Shown: positions 1 through 7,719, counted from the stretch's first letter. The stretch: DNA of 18,232 nucleotides from Bdellovibrionales bacterium (GCA_037969075.1 JBBKWS010000059.1:1-18232); one strand, 5' to 3'. Notes: generated by a model not told the origin, from the sequence alone. Numbers and translations: made by a program.

Positions 1-485
1 TTAAGCCACTGATTTTTGTATGGGGTAAAGACTTTATAGTAATCATCTGTTTGTGTCTTAACTTCATTGGCTTCAAAAATTACCGCATCTTTATAAGAGT
101 GCAAATCAATACCATTTTCTTTTAACTTGGATTTTACAGCTTGGTCGCGATCTTTTGCATACTTCTCGTAGTCTCGGTTTATAAAAACCGCCTGCGCCTC
201 AATGGCACTGGCAAGCTTTGGTATTTCAATTTTTGGGTCACCGTAAAGAATGATAAGATCTGAACCCTTCTTTAATAAAAAATCTTTTATTTCTTGTAGG
301 CATTCTTGGATAAAAGTAAGTCTTCGATCGTTTTTATCTAGAGAAGATAAAATGTTTTTATCGAATACAAAAACAGGATAGACTTCGTCGCTGACATAAG
401 CCGCATGCGCCAAAGCATTGTTGTCATCTAGGCGCAGGTCTCGGCGGAACCACATGATTGATTTTTTATAGGAAGGAATGCTCAT
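1..485 (-). CDS. phrB: Deoxyribodipyrimidine photolyase (cryptochrome/photolyase family), N-terminal part; runs off the left edge
   Basis: Missing from the ORF track. Hand translation from ATG at 485 gives MSIPSYKKSIMWFRRDLRLDDNNALAHA...VYPVFVFD...NRDYEKYAKDRD...YKVFTPYKNQWL. WFRRDLRLxDN and YKVFTPY are photolyase hallmarks. The ATG overlaps the TGA stop of the cinA-like gene (ATGA, 482-485). Confidence 0.93.
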   Translation of the reverse strand, partial: MSIPSYKKSIMWFRRDLRLDDNNALAHAAYVSDEVYPVFVFDKNILSSLDKNDRRLTFIQECLQEIKDFLLKKGSDLIILYGDPKIEIPKLASAIEAQAVFINRDYEKYAKDRDQAVKSKLKENGIDLHSYKDAVIFEANEVKTQTDDYYKVFTPYKNQWL

Positions 486-1579
486 AGATGGTTTAATACA
501 CGCCAAAAGAAAATTTCAGAAAATTTCTTTCTAAGGTGACTGTCTCTTATTTGCCTTGTAGACAACCTCTCTATCGGTATATGTATTGTATTATTAATCA
601 AACCCAGCCATTCATTTTCATTCACCGGACGAATTTCAAAAAACATATCGTAATCTTCTACCGCATAACTTGCCGGCAAAGATGAAATTTGAAAGAAGTC
701 AAAATCAAGCCCTTTTATCAGAGGTAGAAGTCTCTCTCCAAAATAACCATGTGATGCGGCATCGACAAAAAGAACCTTTTTATCTTTTACTTTATCAACA
801 AATTCTTTTGCTTTATCAACATTACCTTTACCAACAATAGAGCCCTTAAATTCTTCTTCAACTTTCTCGGCGTACTGCGACCACTTGATACTATTTAGTG
901 GACTTACATCTACTCGTAATTCGATAAAGGGTTGGTGAATTCTGTATTCTGCTGTGAATGGACTTCCTTTAAAAATTTCTTGGGCACGCGATGAGACTTC
1001 AGATTCTGGAAAGCCAATGATCTGATATCTCTCTAACTGGATTTTATTTAACGAGATGCCTTTTAATTTTTCATGAATATAGTTTGTCCAGCAAGACTCA
1101 ATCTCTGCCCACGGGCCCGGTACTGCAAAGATATCTTTATTCGATTGATTTAAGTGAAACCCATCCGCTGTACCCACATCACTTTTCATTACCTTACTAC
1201 CCGTAGGAAACTGCGCTTGCTTAATATGGTTAAGTGTAAACTGTACGCCACGCTTTTGAATCTTTTGCTTTAATTCTTTTAACACGATGTCATCTTGATG
1301 AAGTGAAACATTCATGAACTTTGCAATCGCTTCACGAGTAAGATCATCCTCGGTGGGCCCTAGGCCACCACAGACAAAAATAATATCTGTCTTATCCGAT
1401 AGATACCTTAATGCACTCACTATTTCTTGGATGTCATCAGCAACTACCAAGTGATAAGCTATTCGCAAGTTGTAATCTAAAGCTTTTTCTGAAATTTGCG
1501 CCGCATTTTTATTAATAATCTGGCCTAGCAATAACTCATTTCCAATAGCTAATACACTTGCTTGTTTTTTAGTTTCCAT
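482..1579 (-). CDS. cinA: CinA-like competence/damage-inducible protein: COG1058 molybdopterin-binding-like pyrophosphatase domain plus a degenerate C-terminal domain
   Basis: IGNELLLGQIINKN, VVADD, GGLGPTEDDLTREA, GTADG and VPGPWAE motifs of the COG1058 domain; GFPESEV linker. The C-terminus lacks the PncC AESCTGG motif. Confidence 0.85.
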   Translation of the reverse strand: METKKQASVLAIGNELLLGQIINKNAAQISEKALDYNLRIAYHLVVADDIQEIVSALRYLSDKTDIIFVCGGLGPTEDDLTREAIAKFMNVSLHQDDIVLKELKQKIQKRGVQFTLNHIKQAQFPTGSKVMKSDVGTADGFHLNQSNKDIFAVPGPWAEIESCWTNYIHEKLKGISLNKIQLERYQIIGFPESEVSSRAQEIFKGSPFTAEYRIHQPFIELRVDVSPLNSIKWSQYAEKVEEEFKGSIVGKGNVDKAKEFVDKVKDKKVLFVDAASHGYFGERLLPLIKGLDFDFFQISSLPASYAVEDYDMFFEIRPVNENEWLGLINNTIHIPIERLSTRQIRDSHLRKKFSEIFFWRVLNHL

Positions 1580-2525
1580 TCTTCCTCACGCTTAAAATCT
1601 CGTCCAATGACAGTAAGTCTTCGATGTGTTTTACGCGACTACCATACGTACTAATATCTACAAGTGGAGCCCCTTTACCAGTTATCAAAATAGTCGCATC
1701 GGATTGGGCTGTCTGAAGATATTGATCTATGTACTCGTTAAAAGTCAATTTTTCATATCCTAAGTTTTGTGATCCGCACCCTAAAATTACATAGTCAAAA
1801 TCAATCGCATCCGTAACTTCTACTAGTGATTTTAAAGGCAGATTGGTGCCGAGATAATAAGACTTTATGTCATTCGCAATACAAAGCACATGGGATAAAA
1901 TAATGGCAATCTCATGCACGTCACCTTCGGGACTAGCAAGAGCAATTCGCGGAGCCTCTTCATTGGTAACAGGAGTGATTAAAAAACTAATTTGATCACG
2001 AACAACTGCAAATAAAAGATGCTCTTGCGCAATATTTAATTTTAATTCTAGCACTAGCCTATTCACCGTATTAAAAAGTGGTGATATCACCTTAAGAATA
2101 AAGTCTTTCGATGACATCTGAATACGATATTTATTAAGCTGTTGGTGAATCATGTCTACATCGTATTGATACAAGCAATCTATCGTTTCAGAAATAATAG
2201 TCTGAACCTCTTCATCGTTAATAACTGTAGAGCTCTTTTTTGATGCATCCTCAACCTTACTTTCTAACTTAGAAGTTAGGCTGTGATCTTGCTCAATAAT
2301 GGTTAGCTCATTCAATGTTAAATTAGCAATGCGTCCTATCGGCATACCCATTTTATTCAAGTGTTTTAACTTTTTAAGCTTTTCAACATCTTCAATAGAG
2401 TATGTGCGCTGGCCCGAAGGACTACGCTCGGGCTGTAGAGCATTATATCTTCTTTCCCATGCACGAATCGTGTGTACATTCATACCAACAATTTTAGCTA
2501 AGCCGCTAATATTTAAAATACCCAT
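1569..2525 (-). CDS. MerR-family transcriptional regulator with a cobalamin-binding-like C-terminal module (CarH/CarA/LitR-like)
   Basis: N-terminal MerR HTH with IRAWERRY (the CarH/CarA RxWERRY recognition helix); QEH at 167-169, PEGDVHEIA (D/ExH motif) and YYLGTNLP. Strong RBS AAGGAG upstream (2531-2536). Overlaps the cinA start by 11 nt. Confidence 0.88.
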   Translation of the reverse strand: MGILNISGLAKIVGMNVHTIRAWERRYNALQPERSPSGQRTYSIEDVEKLKKLKHLNKMGMPIGRIANLTLNELTIIEQDHSLTSKLESKVEDASKKSSTVINDEEVQTIISETIDCLYQYDVDMIHQQLNKYRIQMSSKDFILKVISPLFNTVNRLVLELKLNIAQEHLLFAVVRDQISFLITPVTNEEAPRIALASPEGDVHEIAIILSHVLCIANDIKSYYLGTNLPLKSLVEVTDAIDFDYVILGCGSQNLGYEKLTFNEYIDQYLQTAQSDATILITGKGAPLVDISTYGSRVKHIEDLLSLDEILSVRKNGN

Positions 2526-2564
2526 GAATACTCCTTTGTTAAGTTTCCTCAGTATTTCTTAGTT

Positions 2565-2597
2565 TTGTGGACAAGCTTTTCGTAGTTAACTATAGTT
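2565..2597 (+). promoter_or_regulatory. Predicted sigma70 promoter for the TIGR01777-SRPBCC gene, with an overlapping candidate operator
   Basis: TGGACA (2568-2573) - 17 bp - TATAGT (2591-2596). The dyad TTGT-gg-ACAA (2565-2574) covers the -35, and perfect palindromes TAGTTAACTA (2583-2592) and AACTATAGTT (2588-2597) cover the spacer and -10. Confidence 0.6.
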
Positions 2598-2622
2598 GAG
2601 TCCTACAAACAAAAAGGGCTAC

Positions 2623-4017
2623 ATGAACTATCTACTTACGGGCGCCACAGGATTTCTGGGACAAAACCTTTGCAATCATTATACTAAAGATCTAGCTAAG
2701 CTACGCATCTTAAGCCGGCATGCTAGACAATCTTTAGACAAATTCCCATATAATGCTCAATTTATCGACTGGGACCATGTCAGTGCCACTATATCGGCAG
2801 ATGACCTTAACTGTGATGCGGTGATTCATCTTGCAGGTGAAAATATTGCAGGAAAGCGCTGGACCAAAGCACAAAAGAAGAAGCTCTGGGAATCCCGAAT
2901 TAAGAGCACAACCGCCTTGGTAGAATCTATTTTAAAAGCACCCATCAAACCCAAGGTATTCATTTGCGCCTCCGCTGTAGGATTTTACGGTGATCGCTGG
3001 CAAGAGGATTTAGATGAAACCTCCCCTGCTGGTGAGGGTTTTTTAGCTGAACTTTGTGCAAAATGGGAAAGTGTTTGTGAGCCACTCGAAAGCGTTGGTG
3101 TCCGTGTAATTAATGTTAGAAGTGGTTTAGTTTTAGGCCTCAACGACGGGGCTCTAAAAGAGCTGGTAAAATTTTCTGACCTAGGAGTGCTTGGAAATAT
3201 AGGTAGCGGCAATCAATGGATGAGCTGGATTCATGTTGAAGATTGGGTAAATGCAATTCAGCATTGTATTTCTAACTCTAATATTTCTGGGCCAGTAAAC
3301 TTTGTTTCTCCTAGTCCTATACAACACAAGAATTTTATTAAAATACTATCAAGTCATTTGAACAGAGCTCCTTTTTTACCTCTACCAGCGACAGTGGCGA
3401 AAATTGTATTGGGAGAAATGGCAGGTTTGTTTTTAGATAGTCAAAAAGTGTACCCAACAAAACTGCTAAGCAGTGGGTTTACTTTTAATTTTAAAACTTT
3501 TGATAGCGCACTTCAAAACTTATATCCAAACTGTGGACAAGAACACATTCTAGAAAGACAAATGTTTTTACCTGTTGAAGTTAAAGATGTATTTCCATTT
3601 TTCACAGATCCTTATAATCTAGAAAAAATCACGCCGCCTTTTTTAAACTTTAAAGTCGTAAGCACTAGCGACAAGGTTGTACAAAAAGGCACAACAATAT
3701 CTTACAAATTGAAACTGCATGGACTGCCACTAAAATGGTTAACTAACATTGAGGACTTGGCTATCAACTCGCTATTTATTGATAACCAAACTAAGGGGCC
3801 ATATAAACGTTGGCACCACACACACACTTTTATATCGCTACCGCATGGAACATTAATGCGGGACCGAGTGTTATATCGATTGCCCTTTGGTTGGTTAGGT
3901 AGATGTATCGCGCATTTTTATGCAACCAAAGATGTAAATAAGATCTTTGACTACAGGACTCTAGTTTTAAAAAAGAGGTTTAGCCAAACTAAGAATGCGG
4001 AGCACATCAACTTATGA
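2623..4017 (+). CDS. TIGR01777-family atypical SDR (NAD(P)-dependent epimerase-like, DUF1731) fused to a C-terminal SRPBCC/START-like domain
   Basis: TGATGFLG Rossmann motif, VIHLAGENIAGKRWT, SAVGFYG, GFLAELCAKWE, QWMSWIH and GPVNFVSP. From about 3541 an SRPBCC signature follows (VFPFF..PYNLEKITPP, FIDNQTKGPYKRWHHTHTF, MRDRVLYRLPFG, IFDYR). ATG 2623 after AAGGG is preferred over TTG 2596. Confidence 0.88.
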   Translation: MNYLLTGATGFLGQNLCNHYTKDLAKLRILSRHARQSLDKFPYNAQFIDWDHVSATISADDLNCDAVIHLAGENIAGKRWTKAQKKKLWESRIKSTTALVESILKAPIKPKVFICASAVGFYGDRWQEDLDETSPAGEGFLAELCAKWESVCEPLESVGVRVINVRSGLVLGLNDGALKELVKFSDLGVLGNIGSGNQWMSWIHVEDWVNAIQHCISNSNISGPVNFVSPSPIQHKNFIKILSSHLNRAPFLPLPATVAKIVLGEMAGLFLDSQKVYPTKLLSSGFTFNFKTFDSALQNLYPNCGQEHILERQMFLPVEVKDVFPFFTDPYNLEKITPPFLNFKVVSTSDKVVQKGTTISYKLKLHGLPLKWLTNIEDLAINSLFIDNQTKGPYKRWHHTHTFISLPHGTLMRDRVLYRLPFGWLGRCIAHFYATKDVNKIFDYRTLVLKKRFSQTKNAEHINL

Positions 4018-4124
4018 TTACTCAAAATAATGTGAACTCACTGGTGATCTAATTATATTATAATAGTGAAGTGCGTTATAATTTTATTACTGACACTCTA
4101 TGGTTTCTTTTTAATGATGAGCCC

Positions 4125-4505
4125 ATGAAAATACTTACTCTGCTATTCTCATTTTTTAGTTTTACGGCGCACGCCAAGACAGTAAAGATTTACTGTGAGC
4201 CTGATAGTAGCAGCTCAGCAAACTTTACTTTAGCTGCATCTTTAGAAATAGATGAATCAAATAGTATCGTAACTGATGTATTGGTTTCCTTTAAAGATAC
4301 AGTGCAGGTCACACCATCACAGATTATAAATACCAAGGGCTACTTTCGTAGTATTGCCACCGAAACAAGTTATTCTTACCTATTTCCAATTCAAAATAAT
4401 TCTGCAATTGTACATTTTATTTTACGTATCAATACTGATAAGCCGTCAGAAATCGAAACCAAACTAGATAAAAAATATCTATCTAATTGCAACTTTGTTG
4501 ATTGA
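4125..4505 (+). CDS. Hypothetical secreted protein (126 aa) with two Cys near the mature termini
   Basis: ATG 4125 gives a classical signal peptide MKILTLLFSFFSFTAHA|K with an AxA site. The ORF-track GTG start at 4071 is probably too far upstream. Confidence 0.7.
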   Translation: MKILTLLFSFFSFTAHAKTVKIYCEPDSSSSANFTLAASLEIDESNSIVTDVLVSFKDTVQVTPSQIINTKGYFRSIATETSYSYLFPIQNNSAIVHFILRINTDKPSEIETKLDKKYLSNCNFVD

Positions 4506-4512
4506 TATACTC

Positions 4513-4539
4513 AAAAAAAATAGCCCCGCAGGGCTATTT
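4513..4539 (-). terminator. Intrinsic terminator between convergent genes, strongest for the minus-strand carbonic anhydrase-like gene
   Basis: Stem AAATAGCCC (4518-4526), loop CGCA, GGGCTATTT (4531-4539). The A8 run at 4513-4520 gives a U-tract on the minus strand. Confidence 0.8.
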
Positions 4540-4557
4540 GAATAGTTCTATATAAAA

Positions 4558-5379
4558 CTAATAATTAATTGTAGATCGATCGTTTAACATTTGCTTTGGC
4601 CTGTTGTTCTTTGAATACCTTGCTTCAAACGCAGCAATTTGCTCTTTTGAAAACTCAATTGCAGTATTTAAAACAATCCAGTTCACACCTTCAGCACACG
4701 GTGGATGTGTCAAAGAACCCGCGTAATTATAAAGAGTAACTTTTGTCGGCATCAAAGCACTTAATAAAATGGGCTCTGAAATTTCTTTACTTGCACTTTT
4801 ACCCTCTGGAAATGAAGAGATGATCTTTGCTGCAACTGGATTCTCTTTTCCTGCTTTAACAAAAACACTTACAATAGCATGAAAATCTTTGTCATTTTTA
4901 TGAACAAACTGAATCTCTAGCGGAAATGCTTTACCTGACAAAGAGTGTTCACTGGGGCTATGAAAATCTACATTTTGTAAATTATAAACACTGGTTCTCA
5001 TTTTAATAGAAGAACCATCAGTAGGTCTCAACCGCAGTATGTTACCAGTATCTTCAACTCTAATCGGAGTCGCTACATAGGAGGCGCTAAATGGGTTGTT
5101 TTTAGTAGGTTTTTGCCATTTTAAATTAACCGGAGATTGATGTTTCCCCTCTTTACACATTACAAAGCTAGGATCCAAGTCGCCCCAATATTGTGGAGCA
5201 AAAGCACCTGCATACGACCAGACTGCATCCACAGGACTTGCTGGTGCAACCACTGGTTGGTTTTGCGTTTCCGCAGGCATACCACTATCTTCAAGTGGAG
5301 GTGGGATATCTACCTTTTCTGTGCTTGAGCAACTAATAAGAAAGGTTAGAGCTACGGCCGAAATTAATATACGAATCAT
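4558..5379 (-). CDS. Alpha-class carbonic anhydrase-family lipoprotein with a non-canonical active site
   Basis: WSY..G..PQYWG, C..GKHQSPVN, FHSPSEH, LEIQFVH, YAGSLTHPPCAEGVNW and NNRPKQ motifs. Lipobox LIS-C17 followed by a Pro-rich linker; RBS AAGGAG. Confidence 0.88.
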   Translation of the reverse strand: MIRILISAVALTFLISCSSTEKVDIPPPLEDSGMPAETQNQPVVAPASPVDAVWSYAGAFAPQYWGDLDPSFVMCKEGKHQSPVNLKWQKPTKNNPFSASYVATPIRVEDTGNILRLRPTDGSSIKMRTSVYNLQNVDFHSPSEHSLSGKAFPLEIQFVHKNDKDFHAIVSVFVKAGKENPVAAKIISSFPEGKSASKEISEPILLSALMPTKVTLYNYAGSLTHPPCAEGVNWIVLNTAIEFSKEQIAAFEARYSKNNRPKQMLNDRSTINY

Positions 5380-5410
5380 TCTGAACTCCTTTTATACTTT
5401 TATATGATCA

Positions 5411-5439
5411 AGTATAGAGCGAAAGATTTCATAGGCCAA
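5411..5439 (-). promoter_or_regulatory. Predicted sigma70 promoter for the carbonic anhydrase-like gene
   Basis: Minus strand TTGGCC (5439-5434) - 17 bp - TATACT (5416-5411), about 30 nt upstream of the ATG. Confidence 0.5.
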
Positions 5440-5480
5440 AAGGTTTTTTGTATTGAGAGTTACTGCCCAAAGGTCGAGGA

Positions 5481-6200
5481 CTAGGCCATTTGATTTAAAA
5501 AAGCGCGAGCCCGGTCCGTTTCAGGGTTTTTGAAAAACTTTTCAGGATCTCCCTCTTCGATAATTATTCCTGAATCAAAAAAGATAACCCGATCGGCAAC
5601 TTTTTCGGCAAAATTCATTTCATGAGTAACAACAAGCATAGTCATGCCCGAACTCGCCAAATCCTTCATCACATTCAACACTTCATGTGTGATCTCAGGA
5701 TCTAAAGAACTTGTAACCTCATCAAATAGCATAATCTGCGGATCAAGTGCCAGGGCCCTAGCGATTGCTACTCTTTGTTGCTGGCCACCAGAAAGTTGGT
5801 GTGGGTATTTATAGGCATGGGCTGATAAATCCACTTTCTTTAACAGCTCCTGCGCCTTCTCAATTGCTACATCTTTTTTGACATTTTTTACTTCAAAAGG
5901 AGCTAACGTAATATTGTCTATCACTGACATATGAGGAAACAGATTAAAGCTCTGAAAAACCATTCCAACTTTTCTTGTAACACTTTGATTACATGCATCC
6001 GGTAAAACCTTAATACCATCTACAGTAATCTCGCCTTGCTGAAATGTCTCAAGTCCATTGATCGTCCTAATAAAGCTAGATTTACCCGAACCTGAAGGGC
6101 CAATAATGGCAACCACTTCTTTCTTTTGAACTTCTAAAGATATTCCTTTTAACACTTCATGCTTGCCATAAGCTTTGTGTAAGTTTTTAATTGATATCAT
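5481..6200 (-). CDS. Polar amino-acid ABC transporter ATP-binding protein (GlnQ/TcyC-like)
   Basis: Walker A GPSGSGKS, VGMVFQSFNLFPH, signature LSGGQQQRVAIARAL, Walker B MLFDE, H-loop VVTHEM. ATGA overlap with the permease stop. Confidence 0.95.
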   Translation of the reverse strand: MISIKNLHKAYGKHEVLKGISLEVQKKEVVAIIGPSGSGKSSFIRTINGLETFQQGEITVDGIKVLPDACNQSVTRKVGMVFQSFNLFPHMSVIDNITLAPFEVKNVKKDVAIEKAQELLKKVDLSAHAYKYPHQLSGGQQQRVAIARALALDPQIMLFDEVTSSLDPEITHEVLNVMKDLASSGMTMLVVTHEMNFAEKVADRVIFFDSGIIIEEGDPEKFFKNPETDRARAFLNQMA

Positions 6201-6967
6201 AAATACCTCTTAGCTAAGTAGGTAACTACGTTAATCATAAATGTTAAGAGTAGATATATCAGTGCGATAGTTGTTAATACTGGCACTGGCAGAAAAGTTT
6301 CACTAGATATTCTTTGTCCCGCCAACGTCAACTCTAAAAGTCCAATAGCAGAAGCAAGCGAGGAGTCTTTAGATAGCGCAATAATATTATTAATAAGAGG
6401 TGGTATCACTATACGTATAGCCTGCGGTAAAATAATAAACCGCATAGATTGCATTTTACTAAACCCAAGCGACTGCGAGGCTTCAAATTGTCCCTTAGGG
6501 ATAGCATCAATCCCCGCTCTAATCACTTCAGCATTATAGGCCCCTACATTTAATGCAAGCGCCAAACAAGCTGCAGAGAACTCGTCTAATACTAAATATG
6601 GAATAATTTCTGGTAGCGCATAATACACAAATAAAATTTGAACTATAAGAGGTGTGCCCTGTAAGACCCAGACTAAGAATGAAGCCGGTAAATTAAAGAC
6701 TTTATTTGTACTGTATTTACTAAGGCCCAATATAAAACCAATAAGTAGACCAAAAAAACCTGCTATCAGTGTTAAGTAAACAGTAGTTCTTGCGCCTTCA
6801 ATAAAAAGATTTGCGCGTGAACCAATTGGTTCGGGCATGATGGGGATGACTATGAGTAAAAAAGCATAAGCAATAGCAATGCTTACAGTAATCCAAGCTA
6901 AAACCAGAAGTGATTTTAATCTTGAATCAATATATTTGAGACCCTTAGGCTGAACTGCTATGGACAT
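6197..6967 (-). CDS. Polar amino-acid ABC transporter permease (HisM/GlnP family)
   Basis: Hydrophobic helices, QGTPLIVQI, AYNAEVIRAGIDAIPKGQFEASQSLG (EAA loop), ILPQA and KDSSLAS. Confidence 0.94.
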   Translation of the reverse strand: MSIAVQPKGLKYIDSRLKSLLVLAWITVSIAIAYAFLLIVIPIMPEPIGSRANLFIEGARTTVYLTLIAGFFGLLIGFILGLSKYSTNKVFNLPASFLVWVLQGTPLIVQILFVYYALPEIIPYLVLDEFSAACLALALNVGAYNAEVIRAGIDAIPKGQFEASQSLGFSKMQSMRFIILPQAIRIVIPPLINNIIALSKDSSLASAIGLLELTLAGQRISSETFLPVPVLTTIALIYLLLTFMINVVTYLAKRYL

Positions 6968-6969
6968 TA

Positions 6970-7719
6970 TTAATTACAGCGAATATCTTCAGAGTAATAT
7001 TTTTCACTAATTGTTTTATAAACACCATTAGCTAAAATTTTCTTTAAACCTTCATTTAGTTTGGAAACTAAATCTTTATTCCCTTTAGCAACAGCCATAG
7101 CTACGCTTTCAGAAAATAGTAATTCGCCTGTTAATAATTTTAACTTTTTTGCATGTACTTGAATTGATTCTTTTGCAATAAACCTATCGGTCACTAATGC
7201 ATCGACTCTTCCCGACATAAGGTTTTGAAATGAATCCGTATCCTTAGGATAAGTCTTAATATTTTTCACACCAGGTACTTTTTGTAGAGCTGTAAAGTAT
7301 GTTGTCCCAACTTGTACAGCAATCGTTTTGCCAGCCAGGTCTTTAGCAGTAAGAGGCCCTCCAGCCTTGGTTACAATAATTCCACCTGTGCAATAATGTG
7401 GATCTGTAAACTCTACAGCCTTTGCACGCTCAGAAGTAATTCCATGAGATGCGATAACAACATCATATTTATTTTGATTCAAACCTATCAGTAATGAATC
7501 AAACCCATAAGTTTTCCAACTAACCTTTAATCCAAGTTCTTTGGCTACCGCATTGGCTACATCCACTTCAAAGCCCGTTAAATCTTTACCCTTAAAATAA
7601 TTAAATGGGGCAAATGCACCCTCGGTTGCAATTTCGATGGTACCTGAGGATTTAATGTCTTTAAAATCTCTGGCTTCAGCTACAGAAAAAAATAGTATGG
7701 TCGCTAGTATGAATTTCAT
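6970..7719 (-). CDS. Polar amino-acid ABC transporter substrate-binding protein (SBP family 3)
   Basis: Signal peptide MKFILATILFFSVAEA|R; ATEGAFAPFNY, GFEVDV, GITSER, VQVGTT and GRVDA motifs; RBS GGGGAG. Confidence 0.93.
   Translation of the reverse strand: MKFILATILFFSVAEARDFKDIKSSGTIEIATEGAFAPFNYFKGKDLTGFEVDVANAVAKELGLKVSWKTYGFDSLLIGLNQNKYDVVIASHGITSERAKAVEFTDPHYCTGGIIVTKAGGPLTAKDLAGKTIAVQVGTTYFTALQKVPGVKNIKTYPKDTDSFQNLMSGRVDALVTDRFIAKESIQVHAKKLKLLTGELLFSESVAMAVAKGNKDLVSKLNEGLKKILANGVYKTISEKYYSEDIRCN

Noticed and set aside
2299..2562. 87-aa plus-strand ORF
   Set aside because: Antisense shadow of the MerR regulator's HTH region; no recognisable motif.
2985..3212. 75-aa minus-strand ORF
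   Set aside because: Lies wholly antisense within the TIGR01777 gene; Ser/Pro-rich shadow composition.
5137..5328. 63-aa Cys/Trp-rich plus-strand ORF
   Set aside because: Antisense to the carbonic anhydrase-like gene; no RBS or family motif.
7312..7494. 60-aa plus-strand ORF
   Set aside because: Antisense to the well-supported ABC substrate-binding gene.
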